Assembly (NCBI GenBank): GCA_014872785.1
Contig: WKFJ01000056.1
Coordinates: 82,794-114,793, forward strand
Origin: Alteromonadaceae bacterium
Lineage (GTDB): Bacteria; Pseudomonadota; Gammaproteobacteria; Enterobacterales; Alteromonadaceae
Reading direction: 5' to 3'
Length of the DNA stretch: 32,000 bases
A program made the translations under genes and the position numbers. Positions 26,572-32,000 of this stretch are shown here, one piece after another; position 1 is the stretch's first letter; the number at the start of each line of letters is the position of its first letter. Under the pieces are notes generated by a model. That model was not told where the DNA came from. It did no database searches and was given only the letters and a program-made list of their open reading frames with translations.

Positions 26572-27483
26572 TTAAAACGAACACAATTGTACGGATAAGC
26601 GCTGGCCTAAACCGTTTATCAACAAATCGTTATTTTCATGCGGAATGCGTTCTGAAAACGAATTGATGCGGTAATGAAATTTGAAACGCTTAGCGTCTCG
26701 GTATCGACCGGCCAAAGTATTGACGAAGGTATCACCGTAGTAGACACAAATACTCGGCAACGACCTTAGCTCATGAGCATCCGACAAGTAAGTGGATGAC
26801 GCCAAAAATCGCTGGTAGTCTTGCCACTTTCTTTCAAAGTCAGGGTTATGTTCGGCGACAACTGTGACGAACTGTTCATCTATCTCGGTTACACTGAACA
26901 CGTGGCCGCTTAGCAATGGAAGCAGGTAAGCCGAATACAAGACGTTTATCTGTTCGGTGATGATGGCGTTTTTTGCCGCCAATGTATCCGCAATAGTATC
27001 GCGCTTTACCCACGCCTCTTTGATGCCGAATATCGCCAAATGGGTGTCAATCACCGACTGCCTATCTTGCACGGTTGTCAGTTTTTCAATTTGCGCATAA
27101 GCGGCGTTTAATTGCTCACGCAGCGCAGTGTCACTCTCCAGCTTATCGATAAGATCTAGTGTCTTGGTCGTGTCTATGCTGACGTTAGCCGTCAACTCGT
27201 ATTTACCCTCAAACCATCGCTCATTCACCTTCTCGACGTCAACCGCCGCTAAACCTAGCGCATTGATTTCTTGTCGAAACTCGCCGTTTATTAGTGTTTC
27301 TTTTCCACCTACGAACAGCGGTAGCGTTAACAAGCCCTGCTTCTTTGCTTCAAGTCGAGCGTGTTGACGGACAATGTAGTCTTGTCTGTTATCAACGTTT
27401 ACCGTTACAACAACGTTCTTGCTCAATGCAGGAAAACACACCCCGAACACCAACAGGATAAGCGTAAAAACCCGTATCACCAT
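26572..27483 (-). CDS. secreted hypothetical protein (303 aa), first gene of the operon divergent from tus
   Basis: Signal peptide MVIRVFTLILLVFGVCFPALS. Long ORF. No motif recognised. Confidence 0.65.
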   Translation of the reverse strand: MVIRVFTLILLVFGVCFPALSKNVVVTVNVDNRQDYIVRQHARLEAKKQGLLTLPLFVGGKETLINGEFRQEINALGLAAVDVEKVNERWFEGKYELTANVSIDTTKTLDLIDKLESDTALREQLNAAYAQIEKLTTVQDRQSVIDTHLAIFGIKEAWVKRDTIADTLAAKNAIITEQINVLYSAYLLPLLSGHVFSVTEIDEQFVTVVAEHNPDFERKWQDYQRFLASSTYLSDAHELRSLPSICVYYGDTFVNTLAGRYRDAKRFKFHYRINSFSERIPHENNDLLINGLGQRLSVQLCSF

Positions 27484-27645
27484 TCACTCCATTATTACGA
27501 TTTCGCCAGTGTATCACCATGCGTGGGTGGCGCGATTAAACGGTAACTTATTAGCGAGTAAAAAACTAGGCAATCTAGATATAGGTAAATTATCTGAGCC
27601 GATATCGCGTTGGTTGTCAGATATTGACGATATGATCGACAAAAA

Positions 27646-27663
27646 GGGTATGATGTATTAATA
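27646..27663 (+). other. Ter-like site T4 in the tus promoter (GGGTATGATGTATTAATA)
   Basis: Lies 40 bp upstream of the tus ATG, in the same orientation relative to tus as E. coli TerB. It overlaps candidate -10 hexamers TATGAT (27649-27654) and TAATAT (27659-27664); candidate -35 elements are TTGACG (27624-27629) and TCGACA (27636-27641). Confidence 0.7.
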
Positions 27664-27703
27664 TTTTACTTGTTGTCAGACAAAGACATTAGCAGGTAAA
27701 TAT

Positions 27704-28648
27704 ATGGCCGCCATTGAAATAGATACCACCAAATACGAGCAAGAAATCAAAGCTATCCGACATGCCTTATTAAGTGTTGAAAGCCACATAAAGGCGTTTT
27801 TAGATGTGCTATCACAAGGTCGAATACTGGCTCCTTCGGTGGTGTATAAATTGCCACAGTTAACCGCTGAAGATATTGGTGTCGATGTGGTCGATATCCC
27901 TGTTCAACCGGTCATTGGTGAACGGTCGTTATCGCACTATGCGCACCATGTGTTGGATTTTCGTATCGACCATGACCATCCGGGCATGATGGCAAAGCGT
28001 CTACCTGGTGTGCTGATTGTTGAGCACAATGAGGAAATAGAACTCATGGAGCGCGTGGCGCATATCAATGCGTTAAAGTCTCAGTTCCATAACATTGTCA
28101 CCGGTGTGGCTAAAAACAAAGATGTTCGCCATGCGATCATGGTGGAAGCTGTGCCACTTTGTATCCGTAAATCAGTGGAGCGTAATTTGTTGTTGTGTCC
28201 GCAGAACTGCCAATCGATCAATTTTTCTTTCACAAGACGCTTGAGCATGCCCAAGCGAACGTTTACCAAAGAACAGCTTGAGCAGGATCTGATACAAAGT
28301 GTGAAATTTTCCAAAAATCCAGCCAAGCAACAAGAACAAGTGGATATTGATATCGCGTCGTTGAAAAACGCCAATCACGCTCACCATTTTCGCGTTGCAA
28401 GACCGCTGCGGGTAAACCCAGTGTACAATTTCTATTTAACGAAACCTGAAATCAATGAACAAGGAAAGTTGAAGAAGAGTCGCAGTAAAACCGCTGTTGC
28501 CCACACACCCGTCTTGTGTATAAACCAAGCGCCCAATATTGGCACATTAAAGAGCTATATTGGGCAAAGCACCGCGGACAATCCATTGGGGGATCCTGTC
28601 ATTGAAAGGCTTCATGTATATGCCGACAACAGGGCCGTCAGTCTTTAG
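27704..28648 (+). CDS. tus: DNA replication terminus site-binding protein Tus
   Basis: Length is similar to E. coli Tus (314 aa here, about 309 aa there). Collinear blocks (this window vs E. coli): KRLPGVL vs VRLPGVL; VAHINALKSQFHNIVTG vs IQHINKLKTTFEHIVT; FRVARPLRVNPV vs KIKRPVKVQPI; AHTPVLCIN vs CPTPLIALIN; IERLHVYADN vs IPRLHLYVAD. Confidence 0.9.
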   Translation: MAAIEIDTTKYEQEIKAIRHALLSVESHIKAFLDVLSQGRILAPSVVYKLPQLTAEDIGVDVVDIPVQPVIGERSLSHYAHHVLDFRIDHDHPGMMAKRLPGVLIVEHNEEIELMERVAHINALKSQFHNIVTGVAKNKDVRHAIMVEAVPLCIRKSVERNLLLCPQNCQSINFSFTRRLSMPKRTFTKEQLEQDLIQSVKFSKNPAKQQEQVDIDIASLKNANHAHHFRVARPLRVNPVYNFYLTKPEINEQGKLKKSRSKTAVAHTPVLCINQAPNIGTLKSYIGQSTADNPLGDPVIERLHVYADNRAVSL

Positions 28649-29825
28649 CGGTAAATTTGAGAGGCGGGCGTCCACTCGCCTCAACAAACTCGACATTGGA
28701 TGCTCTACCAATTTGCTTTTTTGCACTATCTTCGCCGAATAGCTCTACAGCGCGAATGTCGAACATAATATTGCCACATTTAATGCATTCAACTGAGAGT
28801 GTCTCAAGCACTTCAGTGTCTCTTACACCATCTACAACAAAAGCAAGTTTAAAGTTAGAGGAAAAGCAGGTCTGGCAGATTAATCTATCTTGTTTATGGC
28901 GCTTATCTGACGCTTCTTTTATATCGTTTAATGAATAATAAATATTATCAGCTGGCAAACAAAGATAATGCTCAAAGATAATGCTAGCTAGGATACTTTG
29001 CCCTCTTCCAGCTTTGTCGCGACTCCAATCATTAAACGACCAATTTTCATTTTGTGCCCTTAAGAGCAATCCACTGATTCGGTTTATCATCGAGTTGACC
29101 GCGTGCGGCTTCGGCACCCCTTTTTTCTTATAAAATTCGTTGGCGTCTTTAACGGCCTTGTTGATGAAATAAAAGAGTTTGGACGGGCTGAGATTCCAAA
29201 GTGCATCTTTAAAAAGGTCGGTCAGACCCGCTTGACACGTTAATGGTAACTCATAAGCATTAAGCAGCAGCTGTGTATAGTAAAGACATTCCTCAATTTG
29301 CAACTCAACTATCTTATCCAATGCATAGTCCTGATCACCATCCAAGAAATGACGACTCAACACGTTTAGTCCATAAGCTTTGATATCCGCATGACTTCCC
29401 CAACGCTCATATTCGGTTTCACTATCAAATTCATCACTATGCGCGTCTATAGTAAATACGTATTCACAAGAGAGCGGAAAGTAGCTCAAATCTCCAGCAT
29501 CGTTAAATTCAAAGCCAGAGTCTTTGGACAGTTCAACCTCAACGCAAAGAAATGAATTTGGATTTGCTGGATGATCTAACCAGCCACTAAACCCATATAG
29601 CTTGGCATCAAACTCAGGAGAAGGTGTCAGGTCTAGTGTTGCACCGCCACGGTGATATGGCGGAATAGAAAAACAAAGCTCAAGCTCTTTGTCTGGATTA
29701 AAATCAATTAATGAAATAATGACGGCCCAATCGAACGGATCTATATTTCGTCGGTGACAGGGATCGCTTGCTTTAGAGCCTATCGTCGATTCCAATTCAA
29801 CTTTCTGTTCATCGGTTAGCGTCAA
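28638..29825 (-). CDS. hypothetical protein (395 aa) with C-terminal CxxC...CxxC zinc-ribbon-like motif
   Basis: TTG start with AAGGA 10 nt upstream. CQTC and CIKC are about 40 aa apart near the C-terminus. The 3' end overlaps the tus 3' end by 11 bp. Confidence 0.6.
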   Translation of the reverse strand: MTLTDEQKVELESTIGSKASDPCHRRNIDPFDWAVIISLIDFNPDKELELCFSIPPYHRGGATLDLTPSPEFDAKLYGFSGWLDHPANPNSFLCVEVELSKDSGFEFNDAGDLSYFPLSCEYVFTIDAHSDEFDSETEYERWGSHADIKAYGLNVLSRHFLDGDQDYALDKIVELQIEECLYYTQLLLNAYELPLTCQAGLTDLFKDALWNLSPSKLFYFINKAVKDANEFYKKKGVPKPHAVNSMINRISGLLLRAQNENWSFNDWSRDKAGRGQSILASIIFEHYLCLPADNIYYSLNDIKEASDKRHKQDRLICQTCFSSNFKLAFVVDGVRDTEVLETLSVECIKCGNIMFDIRAVELFGEDSAKKQIGRASNVEFVEASGRPPLKFTAKD

Positions 29826-29924
29826 TTTTCACAAATCCTTTTCGCGTGCACTGGGAATAATATTGCCACAACACAGTGGAAATTACAGTACGAACAAACG
29901 AGTACCTAAGCGCTGAGGCTTTCG

Positions 29925-30704
29925 CTAACCAACCCCCGTTAATTTAAGCAAACTCTCAAGATTTCTAACAGGTGCCTGGGCATTGGCGATGGGTTCAAAA
30001 ACAAAATTATCGACGCGCGCTTCAGGTCTACCAAAATAATAACCTTGGCCAAAGTCGCCGCCTACACGCTGAGCAAGCGATAAATGCTCTGCCGTTTCTA
30101 TCCCTTCCACCACAACTTTCACGCCAATATCATGGAAGCAATTTACGAGTGCGCGCAGACTTTTTTCGTCATCCACACTTTCAGCCGCTTCACGCACCAG
30201 CGTCATGTCTGTTTTTATGATCCCAGGCTTCATCTTCATAACGTGACGAAAATTCGAAATTCCAGCACCGAAGTCGTCACAGACGATAGGATGGCCGTTG
30301 TTTCGAGCATGCTTCACATTGTGGTAAAAACCCGACACATCTTTCGGTAAGTCATTTTCCGTAACTTCAATCACAACAGATGACGGATGCAAACCCTGCT
30401 CGTAAAATGATTCAAGCGCTTCTGGAAATTGGGGGTGACAAATTTGTTCAGGAGAGAAGTTAACAAACACTGTTCTTAATTTACCCTCGATCACCATTTC
30501 CCGAATTTGCTTGGCAAGGCCGCGCACTAAAAATGACATATGCTCGACAAACAGTGCTGGCTCCTGACAGAAATCCTGCATTTTTAACTGGTTGAATTCA
30601 CGTAAGAGGAGTTCATGGGCAACCACTTTGTTATCCCGCATCCTGACAATAGGCTGGTGGGCAAAACTAACGCGGTGACTGTCCAGTTTAATGATATTTG
30701 TCAT
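29925..30704 (-). CDS. stand-alone EAL-domain protein (cyclic-di-GMP phosphodiesterase)
   Basis: EAL-domain signature blocks: HELLLR (ELL variant of EAL), FVNFS, VIEVTE, DDFGAGISN, IKTD, VVEGIET, QGYYFGRP. Confidence 0.85.
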   Translation of the reverse strand: MTNIIKLDSHRVSFAHQPIVRMRDNKVVAHELLLREFNQLKMQDFCQEPALFVEHMSFLVRGLAKQIREMVIEGKLRTVFVNFSPEQICHPQFPEALESFYEQGLHPSSVVIEVTENDLPKDVSGFYHNVKHARNNGHPIVCDDFGAGISNFRHVMKMKPGIIKTDMTLVREAAESVDDEKSLRALVNCFHDIGVKVVVEGIETAEHLSLAQRVGGDFGQGYYFGRPEARVDNFVFEPIANAQAPVRNLESLLKLTGVG

Positions 30705-31120
30705 GATGAAGCGTTTCCTAAATTTACCGCTGTAAATGGGTCGATGATCGCGTTTATTTTGTTGTTTTTATAGATGATAGCGGTATCAAAATGGGTGTTA
30801 TTGTTACTAGTCAGAGTGATCACTGAATATTTACGTTCGGCTTTTATAGATAGCGATTTAACTGTGCTTTTCTTGTGCCAGAACAAAAACCGTCTGACGT
30901 ACACGAGTTCTCCACCCAGCTCATATAATTGTTCATACCAAAAAGGGCTAATCAGAAGAGGAAGTGCGGGCAGCAGTAACACACCACTGATCACACCTTG
31001 GTACAATGAAGCATGGTAAAGGGATATAGCCAGATAAAAGATGATGGCGCACACACCCGCAAATACCGTCAAACGGTAAATGGGATTATTAAACATTACA
31101 TAGTAATAAATGTACGGCAT
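30701..31120 (-). CDS. membrane protein (139 aa, 2 TM) translationally coupled to the EAL gene
   Basis: ATGA overlap with the EAL start. TMs LTVFAGVCAIIFYLAISLY and VISGVLLLPALPLLISPF. Soluble C-terminal ~70 aa. Confidence 0.6.
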   Translation of the reverse strand: MPYIYYYVMFNNPIYRLTVFAGVCAIIFYLAISLYHASLYQGVISGVLLLPALPLLISPFWYEQLYELGGELVYVRRFLFWHKKSTVKSLSIKAERKYSVITLTSNNNTHFDTAIIYKNNKINAIIDPFTAVNLGNASS

Positions 31121-31223
31121 GATTTCTGGTTTCTCTGTTACAACGTTGCTCTATGGTATCAAATCGCCTGCGACGGAAAGGGGGCTAGACCGATGTATTC
31201 ACAAGGGTCTAGCCATGAAGTTT

Positions 31224-32000
31224 TTATGAATCCTGCTTCACGGGCTGTTCATATCGCCAGTCCGTTGGCACTTCAATATCATTAAACGTCTTCATGCTTG
31301 AGCCGTTAAACTGGTATAGGTTCCCGAAACTGTCTTCAAAGACACTAAAATCAACCTCACCGGTGGTTGGATCAACCTCTGCTCCTACTCTGATATAATC
31401 TTCACCTTCGTAGGTGAAACTGTCTAAGTCTGCGGGATTGGACAAATTGTCATTTTCAGCAGCGGCGTCTATTGCCGCTATCCCGGCAGATTTCAACAAA
31501 GCTTTTTGTTCTTCCTCTTCCAATGATTTGAAATCCTTCTCAGCAGTCTTAGCGTTTTGCGTATCATTGGTAGCTTCAACATCAGGGCGATCTAGCGATT
31601 CATCTTGACGTAAACCTTGTTGTTTCTCTGGGGTTTTATCCTCATCGCGTCCTTCTTTAGCTTCCACTTTATCTTGCGTCAAAGGTTTATCTTCTTTCGA
31701 CTCCGGGGCTTTAACAGTGCTATCAGGCGAAGAACTTGGAGAAGATGGTTCAAACATATCGCCAGCTAAACCAGCAAATTCAGCACCAGTGTCTGATGCA
31801 GGAGACTGGGCACCCCCCTCTGTGCTTGTCGACTGAACAGCCTCATCGCCGCCACTTTTCGCTGAGATTTGTTCGTCGGACAAATCATTCGGCAATGTAG
31901 ATGTTTGCACGACTTTATCAGGCTCTGCACCGCTTGCCAGCTGTGCGAATGTCTTGGCTTGGTCACCGCTTCCGGCGGTGTAATAGTTAGTGCCATCTTG
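31224..32000 (-). CDS. acidic low-complexity protein, C-terminal part (5' end probably outside the window)
   Basis: The frame stays open from 31911 to the window edge at 32000 (hand translation QDGTNYYTAGSGDQAKTFAQLASGAEPDKV). It is Ser/Glu/Asp/Pro-rich and ends in a structured-looking tail (YEGEDYIRVGAEVDPTTGEVDF). Confidence 0.55.
   Translation of the reverse strand, partial: QDGTNYYTAGSGDQAKTFAQLASGAEPDKVVQTSTLPNDLSDEQISAKSGGDEAVQSTSTEGGAQSPASDTGAEFAGLAGDMFEPSSPSSSPDSTVKAPESKEDKPLTQDKVEAKEGRDEDKTPEKQQGLRQDESLDRPDVEATNDTQNAKTAEKDFKSLEEEEQKALLKSAGIAAIDAAAENDNLSNPADLDSFTYEGEDYIRVGAEVDPTTGEVDFSVFEDSFGNLYQFNGSSMKTFNDIEVPTDWRYEQPVKQDS

Noticed and set aside
28760-28790. AACATAATAT, matching part of the reverse complement of dif.
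   Set aside because: The match does not extend into either Xer-binding arm, and it lies inside a well-supported CDS.

Overview
This AT-leaning window looks like it comes from a marine gammaproteobacterium; that guess rests on a GlyGly-CTERM protease, a lipobox lipoprotein and an EAL protein. The strongest call is a Tus homologue (27704-28648, clear by-eye similarity to E. coli Tus). Its promoter carries an 18-bp sequence resembling the E. coli Ter core. Three more copies of that sequence cluster at 7969-8267. Two of them form an inverted pair bracketing a 187-bp GC-rich hairpin-forming segment. I therefore read the window as a replication-terminus (fork-trap) region with an undescribed Ter motif. 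The roughly 19 kb between the Ter copies is almost entirely orphan genes. These include a 434-aa/HTH/DUF2971 operon, a large lipoprotein, a hairpin-flanked single-gene unit and an array of about 11 small same-strand membrane or secreted ORFs, one of them Rap1a-like. There is also a ~1195-aa protein with a C-terminal HNH/EndoVII (AHH-like) nuclease-toxin signature and a seven-gene translationally coupled operon of secreted orphans divergent from tus. Flanking genes include a metzincin protease with Calx-beta repeats, a hybrid sensor kinase with a degenerate catalytic core, and an EAL phosphodiesterase. I saw no rRNA, tRNA, CRISPR array, integrase or transposase. All functional calls come from motif recognition by eye; no database search was run.
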